Below, piece by piece: positions 8,727 through 17,444 of a stretch of DNA of 32,000 nt. Source of the stretch: Mycolicibacterium smegmatis. GTDB taxonomy: Bacteria; Actinomycetota; Actinomycetes; Mycobacteriales; Mycobacteriaceae. The stretch lies in contig NZ_LN831039.1 of assembly GCF_001457595.1 (NCBI RefSeq), forward strand, positions 3,000,001 to 3,032,000, written 5' to 3'. A program made the position numbers and the translations under genes. The notes below the pieces were generated by a model. The model did no database searches, was not told the DNA's origin, and saw nothing but the letters and a program-made list of their open reading frames with translations. How positions within the stretch are numbered: the first letter of the stretch is position 1; every line of letters begins with the position of its first letter.

Positions 8727-10310
8727 TCAGATCGCGTCGGTTGTGGTCCGCGCGAACCGTTCCCGCAGCACCCGTTTGAGCAGCTTGCCGCTCGGGTTCT
8801 TGGGAAGCGACTCGACGAAGAAGACCTGTTTGGGTGTCTTGAAGCCCGCCAGACACGACCGGCAGTGGGTCAGCAGTTCGTCCTCGGTGAGTTCGGCACC
8901 GTCGCGGGTCACCACCGCGGCCACCACGGCCTCGACCCACGTCGGATGCGGCAGGCCGAAGACCGCCACCTCCTCCACGGCGGGGTGGCGGTAGACGGCC
9001 TCTTCCACCTCGCGGCTCGCGACGTTCTCGCCGCCGGTCTTGATCATGTCCTTCTTGCGGTCCACGACGTGCAACAGGCCGTGCTCGTCGTAGTAGCCGA
9101 GATCGCCGGAGTGGAACCATCCGCCGCGGAACGCCTCTGCCGTCTTGGCCTCGTCGTCGAGATAACCGAGCATCAGATGTGGGCTGCGGTGGGCGATCTC
9201 GCCGACCTCCCCGGGGGGCACGGGACGGTTGTCATCGTCCAGGATCGCGGTCTCGACGTTGATGACGGGGCGTCCCGCGGCGCCGGCGTGGGCGTCCTGT
9301 TCGTCGGGCCCCAGCGCCGAGGCCAGCGGCGCCATCTCGGTCTGGCCATAGAAGTTCCACAGGCGCAGGTTGGGCAGGCGCTCGCGCATCTCGGCGAGGA
9401 TCTCGACCGGCATCGCCGAGGCCCCGTAGTACCCCTTGCGCAGGCTGGTCAGGTCCACCTGGTCGAACACCGGTGAGCGCAGCAGTGAGATCCACACCGT
9501 CGGTGGCGCGAAATAGTTGGTGACGCCGTACTTTTCGATGGTCCGCAGCACCAGCTCAGGCTCCGGGCGGGGCAGGATGATGCTGGTGGCGCCCAGATAG
9601 ATGTCGGTGATGAAGAAGTTGTCCATCTGGGCGCAGTGGTACAGCGGCAGCGAGTGGATCTCGATGTCGGTGCCCTCCATGGACCCGGCGATGATGCTGC
9701 TGATGTAGTTGCCCATCAGGCTGCGGGTGGAGTGCATGGCACCCTTCGGGTGTGATTCCGTGCCGCTGGTGTACATCAGGCGGATCATCTGATCATCGGC
9801 CACATACGGGGCGGGGGCGGGGGAGTCCGTCTGCAGCCACCGGTCGAAGTCGGTCCATCCGGCGGGCAGGCCCTGGCCCGGCAGCACCAGCGCGGCGGTG
9901 GTGGTCACGGATCCGCCGAGGCGCATCGCGGCCTCTGCCGTGGGCACCAGATCGGCCTCGACCAGGAATCCGCCGGCTCGGCTGTGGCCCAGGATGAAGG
10001 AGATCTCCTCGGCCGTCAGCATGAAGTTGACGGGCACCAGCACCACGCCTGCGCGGGCCGTCGCAAAGGCCAGCACGGCGTACTGCCAGCAGTTGTGCGC
10101 CAGCACCGCGACACGATCGCCGACGCCGAATCCGTTGTCCTGCAGCGCCGCCGCGGCACGGTCGACGTGATGCTCGAACTTGGCGAAGGTCAACGTCACA
10201 TCGCCGTCGATGATCGCCACCTTGTCCGGACACCGGCGCGCCGAACGGCGAGGGATGTCACCGAGCGCGTGGCTGCGTGTCGATGCGAGCACGGCCTGGA
10301 GGTCTTCCAT
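8727..10310 (-). CDS. AMP-dependent acyl-CoA synthetase/ligase
   Basis: LMYTSGTESHPKGAMHS (P-loop-like motif), GWFHSGDLGYYDEHGLLHVVDRKKDMIKTGGENV, C-terminal GKLLKRVLRERF. Start MEDLQAVLAS at 10310. Confidence 0.94.
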   Translation of the reverse strand: MEDLQAVLASTRSHALGDIPRRSARRCPDKVAIIDGDVTLTFAKFEHHVDRAAAALQDNGFGVGDRVAVLAHNCWQYAVLAFATARAGVVLVPVNFMLTAEEISFILGHSRAGGFLVEADLVPTAEAAMRLGGSVTTTAALVLPGQGLPAGWTDFDRWLQTDSPAPAPYVADDQMIRLMYTSGTESHPKGAMHSTRSLMGNYISSIIAGSMEGTDIEIHSLPLYHCAQMDNFFITDIYLGATSIILPRPEPELVLRTIEKYGVTNYFAPPTVWISLLRSPVFDQVDLTSLRKGYYGASAMPVEILAEMRERLPNLRLWNFYGQTEMAPLASALGPDEQDAHAGAAGRPVINVETAILDDDNRPVPPGEVGEIAHRSPHLMLGYLDDEAKTAEAFRGGWFHSGDLGYYDEHGLLHVVDRKKDMIKTGGENVASREVEEAVYRHPAVEEVAVFGLPHPTWVEAVVAAVVTRDGAELTEDELLTHCRSCLAGFKTPKQVFFVESLPKNPSGKLLKRVLRERFARTTTDAI

Positions 10311-10317
10311 GCCAACG

Positions 10318-10323
10318 ACCCTA
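10318..10323 (-). promoter_or_regulatory. Candidate -10 element TAGGGT of a leaderless transcript for the acyl-CoA synthetase gene
   Basis: Minus strand reads TAGGGT-CGTTGGC-ATG: TANNNT hexamer ending 7 nt before the ATG, no Shine-Dalgarno between. Confidence 0.45.
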
Positions 10324-10429
10324 GGACGCCTGCGCGACACCCGGACAAACCACGTCCCGCTCAGTAGAAGAGGCCCGTGCCGCCGCAGCGGGACAGCCAC
10401 ATACTCGGCGACACGACCAAGGAGGTTCG

Positions 10430-12352
10430 ATGACGACCGATGCGACCGTGACCGCGGACGGCACCAGGCTGGATGCCGACGAACTGCGCCGTAACCTGCG
10501 TCAGGCCGACGCGGGGGTGCTGGTCGCGGTGCTGGCCCAGCTCACCGGTGATCCGGCAGTTGTCGATCGATTCGCGCCGGGGATCTCCCATATCCCGGAT
10601 CCCCCGGAACACATCGGTGTCGCGGACGACGAGACATTGGACCAGCTCGTCGAAGCCGTTGTGGAGGCCATGAACTCACCCCGGCCGCAATCGGCGCTGC
10701 CCGCCGACGACCAGGATCTGTTCCTGCGGATCGCACCGCTGGCCCTCGGCACCCCCGTCGGCCCGGAGTACGCCGGGCTGCTGTTGGAACAAGGTGGTTT
10801 TCACCCCTCGCAGCCGGTGCTGCCGCGGACCGCGAAGCTGCCGCCCGATTTCAAGGTGGTTATCATCGGCGCGGGCATCGCCGGTATGGCCGCCGCGCTG
10901 GAACTGGCCGATGCCGGTGTCGACTTCGAGATCATCGACCGCAACGACGAAGTGGGCGGCACCTGGTACACCACCACCTACCCGGGCATCGGGGTGGACA
11001 CACCGTCGGCGTACTACTCGTTGTCGCGTGACGTCAACGGTGACTGGACGAGCTACTACCCGCAGGGACCGGAGTACCAAAATTACCTGAGGGCCGTGGC
11101 CGACAAGAACGGTCTGCGCGACCGCACCCGGTTCGGCACCGAGGTGACGGCACTGCACTGGGACGAACAGCGCGCGCAGTGGCAGGTGCACACCGTCGGT
11201 CCCGACGGCCGTCGCGATGTCGGCCACGCCAACGTCGTCATCCCCGCAGCCGGTTACCTGAACCGGCCGCGCTGGCCGGATCTCGAGGGTCGGGAGACCT
11301 TCGGCGGAATCAGCATCCATTCGGCGGAATGGGATCCGGGCCTGGATCTCACCGGCAAGAAGGTCGCGATCATCGGGGCGGGCTGCACCGCGGTGCAGAT
11401 CGTGGATGCCTGCGTCGACCGGGTGGAACACCTCACGGTGTTCCAGCGCCAACCGCACTGGGTCGCGCCGCGCAAACGGCTGTCCGACGACGTTCCCGAG
11501 CATCGCCGGTGGCTCAACAACCACGTCCCGTTCCACGCCAACTGGGTTCGGCTGAAGTCGTTCTGGGGCACCGCCGACAACAACCACCCGGTGATCCTCC
11601 GCGACCCGGAGTGGGCGGCCGAACATCTGTCGATCTCGAAGGCCAACGATGTGCTGCTGCAGATCTGCCTGGACTACATCGACCGGACCTTCGGCGCGGG
11701 AAGCGAGCTCGCCGCCAAGGTCACACCTGATTTCGCGCCGTACGGCAAACGCATCATCCGCGACCCGGGCGGTTACTACGCCGCGCTGACCAAACCCCAC
11801 GTCGACGTCGAGGCCGCCGAACCGGCGCGGGTGAACGAGGCGGGCATCGTGACCCAGGACGGCAGGCAGATCGATCTGGACGTCATCATCTACGCCACCG
11901 GCTATCACCTCGACTTCCTGTCGACCGTCGACATCCGGGGACGAAACGGGGTGCGGCTCAGCGAATTCTGGGGTGACAGCCCCAGCGCCTACCGCGGTGG
12001 TCTCGTGCCGGGATTCCCCAACCTGTTCATCTCGTCGGCGCCCAACTACAGCCCCGGTCACGGCGCCGGACACAACTTCGGTGTCGAGGTGATGGTGCAC
12101 TACGTGATGGAATGCCTGCAGTTGATGGCCATCCGCGAAGCCACCACGCTGGAGGTCACCGAGGAGGCGTTCACCGACTACGTGCGGCAGATCGACGAGG
12201 CCATGCAGAACACAGTGTGGTGCCACACGCCCACGGCGCACACCTATTACCGCTCCGGCGGCGGGCGGATCGTGACGGCGTTCCCGTTCCGGCTGATCGA
12301 TGTCTGGCAGAGCCACCGCGCCCCGATCGAGGAGGACCTCACTCTCTCATGA
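10430..12352 (+). CDS. Type I Baeyer-Villiger flavin monooxygenase, HAPMO-like (long N-terminal extension)
   Basis: VVIIGAGIAGMAAALELADAG, VGGTWYTTTYPG, BVMO fingerprint FGGISIHSAEWD (FxGxxxHxxxWD), second Rossmann VAIIGAGCTAVQ. About 130 aa before the FAD motif. AAGGAGG upstream. Confidence 0.93.
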   Translation: MTTDATVTADGTRLDADELRRNLRQADAGVLVAVLAQLTGDPAVVDRFAPGISHIPDPPEHIGVADDETLDQLVEAVVEAMNSPRPQSALPADDQDLFLRIAPLALGTPVGPEYAGLLLEQGGFHPSQPVLPRTAKLPPDFKVVIIGAGIAGMAAALELADAGVDFEIIDRNDEVGGTWYTTTYPGIGVDTPSAYYSLSRDVNGDWTSYYPQGPEYQNYLRAVADKNGLRDRTRFGTEVTALHWDEQRAQWQVHTVGPDGRRDVGHANVVIPAAGYLNRPRWPDLEGRETFGGISIHSAEWDPGLDLTGKKVAIIGAGCTAVQIVDACVDRVEHLTVFQRQPHWVAPRKRLSDDVPEHRRWLNNHVPFHANWVRLKSFWGTADNNHPVILRDPEWAAEHLSISKANDVLLQICLDYIDRTFGAGSELAAKVTPDFAPYGKRIIRDPGGYYAALTKPHVDVEAAEPARVNEAGIVTQDGRQIDLDVIIYATGYHLDFLSTVDIRGRNGVRLSEFWGDSPSAYRGGLVPGFPNLFISSAPNYSPGHGAGHNFGVEVMVHYVMECLQLMAIREATTLEVTEEAFTDYVRQIDEAMQNTVWCHTPTAHTYYRSGGGRIVTAFPFRLIDVWQSHRAPIEEDLTLS

Positions 12353-13236
12353 CCAAACTGCTCAGTGGCAGAACGGCTCTGGTGACCGGAAGCAGCCGAG
12401 GGATCGGCCGGGCCGTGGCGCAGCGTCTGGCGGCCGAGGGGGCCGTCGTCGCGGTCACGGCACGCTCCTACGAGCCGTCGCCCTCGGTGCGGGCAGGCCA
12501 GGCGACGGCGTTGCCCGGCACCATCGGTGAGACGATCGAACTGATCGAGGCCGCCGGCGGAAAGGCCTTCGGCATCGCCGCGGATCTCGAGGATGCCGAG
12601 CAGCGCGCGGCGCTGGTCGACCAGGTGATCGAACGGACCGGTCGCATCGACATCCTGGTCAACAACGCCGGCTTCGCCGACTACTCGATCATCGAGGACA
12701 TGCCGATGGACACGTTCGACCGCACGGTCGAACATTATCTGCGCACGCCGTTCGTCCTCACGCAGGCCGCCGTACCGCACATGCGGAATCAGGGTGCCGG
12801 GTGGATCGTGAACATCGGCTCGGTGACCGGCCTGGCGCCGGTGCGGCCCTACCGCGAGTACAACAAGTCCTCCGGCGACGTCATCTACGCCTCCATGAAG
12901 GCTGCTCTGCACCGGTTCACGCAAGGTGTCGCGGCCGAACTGCTCGACGCCAACATCGCGGTCAACGCCGTGGGACCCAGCAGCGCGGTGCGAACTCCCG
13001 GCGCCGCCAGCCTGATCCCGGACACCTTTCCCACCGAACCCGTGGAATACCTCGCCGAGACGGTGCTCGCGATGTGCCATCGGCCTGCCGCCGAACGCAC
13101 CGGACTGGTCGCCTTCAGCCTGCACTACCCGTGGTCACAGGGTCTTGCTGTGCACAGCCTCGACGGCCGGGATCTGCTGCCGCCGCTGGAGCCGCCCGCG
13201 TCGGCCAACCCGAACATCCTGCCCGCGGGCATCTGA
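12349..13236 (+). CDS. Short-chain dehydrogenase/reductase (SDR)
   Basis: MTKLLSGRTALVTGSSRGIGRAVAQRLAAEG, LVNNAG, 4-nt ATGA overlap with the BVMO stop. Confidence 0.93.
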   Translation: MTKLLSGRTALVTGSSRGIGRAVAQRLAAEGAVVAVTARSYEPSPSVRAGQATALPGTIGETIELIEAAGGKAFGIAADLEDAEQRAALVDQVIERTGRIDILVNNAGFADYSIIEDMPMDTFDRTVEHYLRTPFVLTQAAVPHMRNQGAGWIVNIGSVTGLAPVRPYREYNKSSGDVIYASMKAALHRFTQGVAAELLDANIAVNAVGPSSAVRTPGAASLIPDTFPTEPVEYLAETVLAMCHRPAAERTGLVAFSLHYPWSQGLAVHSLDGRDLLPPLEPPASANPNILPAGI

Positions 13237-13237
13237 T

Positions 13238-13867
13238 TCAGCTCAGCACCGGGCCGGTGATGCCGCAGAAGCTGTGGCACACCCGGTCCCGGATGATCAC
13301 GTCGGTGGTCTCCGGGTCGAACCAGCGATCCACCACGGCCCAGTGGATCGGGTGCATCAGATAAGGGCCCATCAATCCGGCGACGTCGGTGAACTCCTGC
13401 TCGAACACATGGGTCCACGTCGTGTCGCCGACGGCCTCGGTCACCTGGCTCAACTGCCAACTCAGGATCGTGCCGACATGGCGGGGCATCGCGGCGAGTT
13501 CGGCTTCGAAGCGGGCCACGGCGTCCGGATCGGTGCCCGGCGCAACCCGCAGCAACAGGGTGCGATAGACCGATCCCGTCGTGCCCGCGGTCACCGGTGC
13601 GCCGTGATAGGTCACGCCGTTGACCCGGGTGATCGCCGGATCGCGAAGCACCGCAGCGACTTCCGAGGCCTGGCCCCACTGGGTCTCGTCGGTGAAGCGG
13701 AAGTGGGCCAGGATGTCCCCGCCGTTGCGTGAACCCGGATCGGTGCACTCGACCACCCAACGGTGCGCACCGGCGGTGGCCGCGGCCTGCCGCAACGCGG
13801 CCACGACGCGGTCGCGGTCATCTGCGGTGACGTCGACCAGACGTGTCACGTTGAACATGGCATTCAC
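13238..13867 (-). CDS. Dimeric alpha/beta-barrel (Dabb/stress-responsive barrel)-like protein, function unknown
   Basis: VYRTLLLRVAPGTDPDAVARFEAELAAMPRHVG...GPYLMHPIHWAVVDRWFDPE resembles barrel-domain proteins. GTG start at 13867 gives a 4-nt overlap with the previous stop; ATG 13858 is the alternative. Confidence 0.7.
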   Translation of the reverse strand: MNAMFNVTRLVDVTADDRDRVVAALRQAAATAGAHRWVVECTDPGSRNGGDILAHFRFTDETQWGQASEVAAVLRDPAITRVNGVTYHGAPVTAGTTGSVYRTLLLRVAPGTDPDAVARFEAELAAMPRHVGTILSWQLSQVTEAVGDTTWTHVFEQEFTDVAGLMGPYLMHPIHWAVVDRWFDPETTDVIIRDRVCHSFCGITGPVLS

Positions 13868-14214
13868 CCCTCGCACAAGATGTCGACATCGTCGGCCGCA
13901 GCCGCCACCGACCGGGTCCGTTCCTCCACCAGTTCGCCGATCTGCGACCACCATTCGCCCAGTGTCGGATCCGGCCTGCCCCGCCACGTCATCTGCCACC
14001 ACGCCTGCGGGCCGGGTAGCGACCACGTGACGGTGACGGTGTTGGACCGGTCGTCGAACCAGATCGGCGGGCTGACCAGCACCCGCTCAAGGGTCATGCC
14101 GCGGCTGCGGGCACCGGGGGCGTATTCGGCGAGGTATCTATCGACGAATACTCGTGCCTGACCGGGTTTGGTGACAACGCGGTCGATGACGTAGACGGTG
14201 GCGGTGTCGGCCAT
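13864..14214 (-). CDS. Small conserved protein, possible dimeric alpha/beta-barrel partner of the adjacent gene
   Basis: MADTATVYVIDRVVTKPGQARVFVDRYLAEYAPGARSRGMTLERVL..., 116 aa, translationally coupled to the next gene. Confidence 0.7.
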   Translation of the reverse strand: MADTATVYVIDRVVTKPGQARVFVDRYLAEYAPGARSRGMTLERVLVSPPIWFDDRSNTVTVTWSLPGPQAWWQMTWRGRPDPTLGEWWSQIGELVEERTRSVAAAADDVDILCEG

Positions 14215-14221
14215 GGACGAA

Positions 14222-14227
14222 AGACTA
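14222..14227 (-). promoter_or_regulatory. Candidate -10 element TAGTCT of a leaderless transcript for the small barrel-like gene
   Basis: Minus strand reads TAGTCT-TTCGTCC-ATG at the MADTATV start, no Shine-Dalgarno. Confidence 0.45.
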
Positions 14228-14313
14228 TGAACTCCGTCGCCGGACTTCAGGCGCGCTCCCGGCCATCGGGAGAGCCGGGTCGATGCGGTTCGGCTGCGTG
14301 ACACGGTGATCGG

Positions 14314-15552
14314 ATGACCGACCTCAGCCCCGATCCGTTCGCTCCGGTTCAACTCGGTCCGGTGCGGTTGCGAAATCGTGTGATCAAGGCCGCCACCTCG
14401 GAAGGCCGCTCACCCGACGGCGTCGTCACCGATGACCTCATCGACTTCCACCGCGGGTTCGCCGAGGGCGGCGTCGGCATGACGACCGTCGCATACTGCT
14501 GTGTGTCGCCTCAGGCGGCGAGCGCACCCGGGCAGATCGTGATGGACGCCAAGGCGTTGCCGGGTCTGCGCAAACTCACCGACGCGGTGCACGGCGCGGG
14601 AGCGGCGATCTCGGCGCAACTGGGGCACGCGGGCGTCGTCGCCCAGAAGAAGCTCACGGGTGTGACGGCGGTGGCGCCGAGCCGGTTCGTCAACCCGACC
14701 TCGTTCGCGTACTGCCGGGCGATCACGCGCAGCGAGATCGCCATGGTGATCGATCAATTCGGTGATGCCGCCCAGGTGGCGGTCGACGCCGGCTTCGACG
14801 CGGTCGAGTTGCACTTCGGACATCTGTATCTGCCGAGTTCGTTCCTGAGTCCTCTGATCAACCGGCGCAAGGACGAATACGGTGGGGACATCGACAACCG
14901 GTCACGGTTCGTCCGCGAGATCGCCGGGCGGGTTCGCGAGGTCGTGGGGGACCGTGTCGCGGTGATCGCCAAGCTGAACATGGACGACGGCCTGCCCGGC
15001 AGCATCTGGATCGACGAAGCGCTGCGCACCGCGTCGCTGCTCGACGCCGACCAGACGTTGGACGCCATCGAATTGACCCAGGGCTCATCGGTGTTCAAGC
15101 CGATGTACCTGTTCCGAGGTGATGTGCCGGTGCGCGAGTTCGCGCAGGTGATGCCACCGGCGATGCGTCCGGCGGTGCGGGTCGTCGGCAAGAAGGCCAT
15201 GGGCTCTTACCCGTACGAAGATCTGTACATGCTTCCCGCGGCACGGCAGTTCGTTCCCGTCGTGCGCAACACCAAGCTGATCCTGCTCGGCGGCATCACC
15301 AACCGCGACCACCTCGAGACGGGGCTGCGCGAGGGGTTCGAGCTGATGGCGATGGGGCGCGCACTGCTGCGCGAACCCGACCTGGTCAACCGGATGATGG
15401 CCGATGCGGGAACGCGCAGCCGGTGCAACCACAACAACAAGTGCATGGTGACGGTCTTCGGCCGCACGCACTGTGTGCTCGACCCGGATCAGCACTACGG
15501 CGCGGCGATTCCGATGGATTCCACGAGAGCGCTGATGTCCGAACAGGCCTGA
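14314..15552 (+). CDS. NADH:flavin oxidoreductase / Old Yellow Enzyme family
   Basis: FAPVQLGPVRLRNRVIKAATSEGR, DAVELHFGHLYLPSSFLSPLINRRKDEYGGDIDNRSRF, GRALLREPDLVNRM. Confidence 0.93.
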   Translation: MTDLSPDPFAPVQLGPVRLRNRVIKAATSEGRSPDGVVTDDLIDFHRGFAEGGVGMTTVAYCCVSPQAASAPGQIVMDAKALPGLRKLTDAVHGAGAAISAQLGHAGVVAQKKLTGVTAVAPSRFVNPTSFAYCRAITRSEIAMVIDQFGDAAQVAVDAGFDAVELHFGHLYLPSSFLSPLINRRKDEYGGDIDNRSRFVREIAGRVREVVGDRVAVIAKLNMDDGLPGSIWIDEALRTASLLDADQTLDAIELTQGSSVFKPMYLFRGDVPVREFAQVMPPAMRPAVRVVGKKAMGSYPYEDLYMLPAARQFVPVVRNTKLILLGGITNRDHLETGLREGFELMAMGRALLREPDLVNRMMADAGTRSRCNHNNKCMVTVFGRTHCVLDPDQHYGAAIPMDSTRALMSEQA

Positions 15553-16445
15553 GCGCGCGCCTGTCGGCACAGGTCCAGAGACGGCATCGTCATGAAACCG
15601 TGGATACCGCCCTCGAAGTAGCGCGTCACAGTGGGTACTCCCGCGCGCTCGAGGGCCTCCGCATAGGCCAGGCCCTCATCACGCAGCGGGTCGTGGCCGG
15701 CCACGACCGTGATCGCAGGTGGCAACCCGGACAGATCGGCGTGCAGCGGCGACGCGTAGGGATGCACGCGGTCGGTTGCGGCAGGAACGTACTGATCCCA
15801 GTACCACTGCAGCGCCGGGCGCGGGTTGTAGTGGCCTGCGCCGAAACGGCGGTAGGACTCGTTGTCGAAATCGGCGGCGATCACGGGGTACAGGAGCACC
15901 TGTCCGGCGAGGTCGGGCCCGCCGCGGTCACGGGCCATCAGGGCCGTGACGGCGGCGAGGTTGCCGCCCGCGCTGTCACCGCCGACCAGCAGAAGGTTCT
16001 CGGCACCGCCCAGATCGGCCGCGTGCGCGGCTGCCCAGCGTGTCGCGGTGAACATGTCGTCGGCGGCCGCGGGCCACTGCCCCTCGTCGGGGGCGCGACG
16101 GTAATCCACCGAAACGATCACGGCAGGAACACGAGTCGCGATGTCTCGACAGAGTTCGTCATGGCTGTCGAGATCGCAGAACACCCACCCGCCGCCGTGG
16201 GCCCACACCAGGGTGGGGAGCGGGCGGGTCGGGGTGGCGGGCCGGTAGATGCGCACCGCCACATCGCCCGAAGACCCGGTGGCGGTGGCATCTTCGACGG
16301 CGGCCATCGGCTGAGGATGGGCGGCCGGCCGGAACCTGGCTTTGATGGCGGCCCTGGCCTGCGCCCCGGTCATGGTGTGCACCGGGGGAAATCCCGAGTC
16401 GAGGGCCTCGATGATGTCCGCGATCTGCGGATCGAGCCCACTCAT
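15495..16445 (-). CDS. Alpha/beta hydrolase, HSL-type esterase
   Basis: LVWAHGGGWVFCDLDSHDELCR, GGDSAGGNLAAV, GGIHGFMTM. Start MSGLDPQI at 16445, 4-nt overlap with the IclR gene. Confidence 0.93.
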   Translation of the reverse strand: MSGLDPQIADIIEALDSGFPPVHTMTGAQARAAIKARFRPAAHPQPMAAVEDATATGSSGDVAVRIYRPATPTRPLPTLVWAHGGGWVFCDLDSHDELCRDIATRVPAVIVSVDYRRAPDEGQWPAAADDMFTATRWAAAHAADLGGAENLLLVGGDSAGGNLAAVTALMARDRGGPDLAGQVLLYPVIAADFDNESYRRFGAGHYNPRPALQWYWDQYVPAATDRVHPYASPLHADLSGLPPAITVVAGHDPLRDEGLAYAEALERAGVPTVTRYFEGGIHGFMTMPSLDLCRQARAQACSDISALVESIGIAAP

Positions 16446-17326
16446 GCGAGCGCGAGGTTGGCAGCCGGGTGGCCGGCGGGGGTTCCCGAGGGACCGCCGC
16501 GCAGCGGGCGCATCTGCTGCAGGGTCGGCGCGACCCGCATCTCGGCGCCCTGCATGGCACGCCAGATGCCCAACGCGGTCATCCGCACCGGTGCGGCCAT
16601 GCGGTGGTCGAACACCATGCGGTTCATCGGTCCGCACACCGACACCGCCGCGACCGCCTGACCGGGATCGCCGATCGGGGCGGCCACGCAGCCCAGGCGC
16701 GGGAAGGATTCCTCGCGGTCGAACGCGATGCCGTGCGCCCTGACCTTCGCGAGTTCGCTGCGCAGCCGGCCCGAGTTGGTGATGGAGTACTTGGTGCGGC
16801 GCGCCAGCACATCGTCGGTGAGCGCCTCGACGTCGCAGTCGTCGGCGTAGGCCAGCACGGCCTTGCCGACCGCGGCGCAGTGGGCGGGCTGCCTGCCGCC
16901 GACACGGGTGGGGATGGCCGCGGCCATGCGGTTGCCGACCTTTTCCATGAACACCACATCGGGGCCGTCGAGCACGGCCAGGTGCACGACGAGTCCGGTC
17001 GCGGCGTGCAACTCGTGCAGCTTGGGGATCGCTGCCTTGTGCAGCCGGTCCTGGTGGACCGCCAGCGAGCCCAGCTCGACCAGGCGCATGCCCAGTTCGT
17101 AGTCGCGTCCGTTGCGGCGGAGCCACCTCAGTTGGACCAGTCGCTCAAGCATGCGGTGGGCCGACGAGCGGGGCAGCCCGGTACGGCGCACTACCTGGGC
17201 GAGGGTCAACCGGCCCGGACCGTCGAATGCGTCGAGGACGAGGGAGATGCGGTCGATGACGGCGCTGGGCGTATCCGCGGCTGCACCTTTTCCACTGGTC
17301 ACAGGCGATTCGACGGTGATGGTCAT
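16442..17326 (-). CDS. IclR-family transcriptional regulator
   Basis: N-terminal winged helix (RISLVLDAFDGPGRLTLAQVVRRTGLPRSSAHRMLERLVQLRWL) and IclR effector domain (RVGGRQPAHCAAVGKAVLA). ATG 17326 is preceded by GGAGG; the ORF track start is 17338. Confidence 0.93.
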   Translation of the reverse strand: MTITVESPVTSGKGAAADTPSAVIDRISLVLDAFDGPGRLTLAQVVRRTGLPRSSAHRMLERLVQLRWLRRNGRDYELGMRLVELGSLAVHQDRLHKAAIPKLHELHAATGLVVHLAVLDGPDVVFMEKVGNRMAAAIPTRVGGRQPAHCAAVGKAVLAYADDCDVEALTDDVLARRTKYSITNSGRLRSELAKVRAHGIAFDREESFPRLGCVAAPIGDPGQAVAAVSVCGPMNRMVFDHRMAAPVRMTALGIWRAMQGAEMRVAPTLQQMRPLRGGPSGTPAGHPAANLALA

Positions 17327-17356
17327 GAGGTCCTCCATTGGACGGGCCGTTACTAC

Positions 17357-17401
17357 TAGTCGTCATATGACTAATAGGAATATGACTATCACACATATGT
17401 G
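17357..17401. promoter_or_regulatory. Candidate IclR operator array: ATATGACTA repeats and CATATG palindromes with 15-bp periodicity
   Basis: ATATGACTA at 17365 and 17380, ATATG at 17395. GTCATATGAC (17362-17371) and CACATATGTG (17392-17401) are perfect 10-bp palindromes. Confidence 0.55.
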
Positions 17402-17444
17402 CGCGGTGTCACGCTGTGGGGTCGTTTATGCGTCACGTCATAAG

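Noticed and set aside
10676-12316. 546-aa minus-strand ORF inside the first BVMO gene
   Set aside because: Antisense shadow ORF; the plus strand carries full BVMO signatures.
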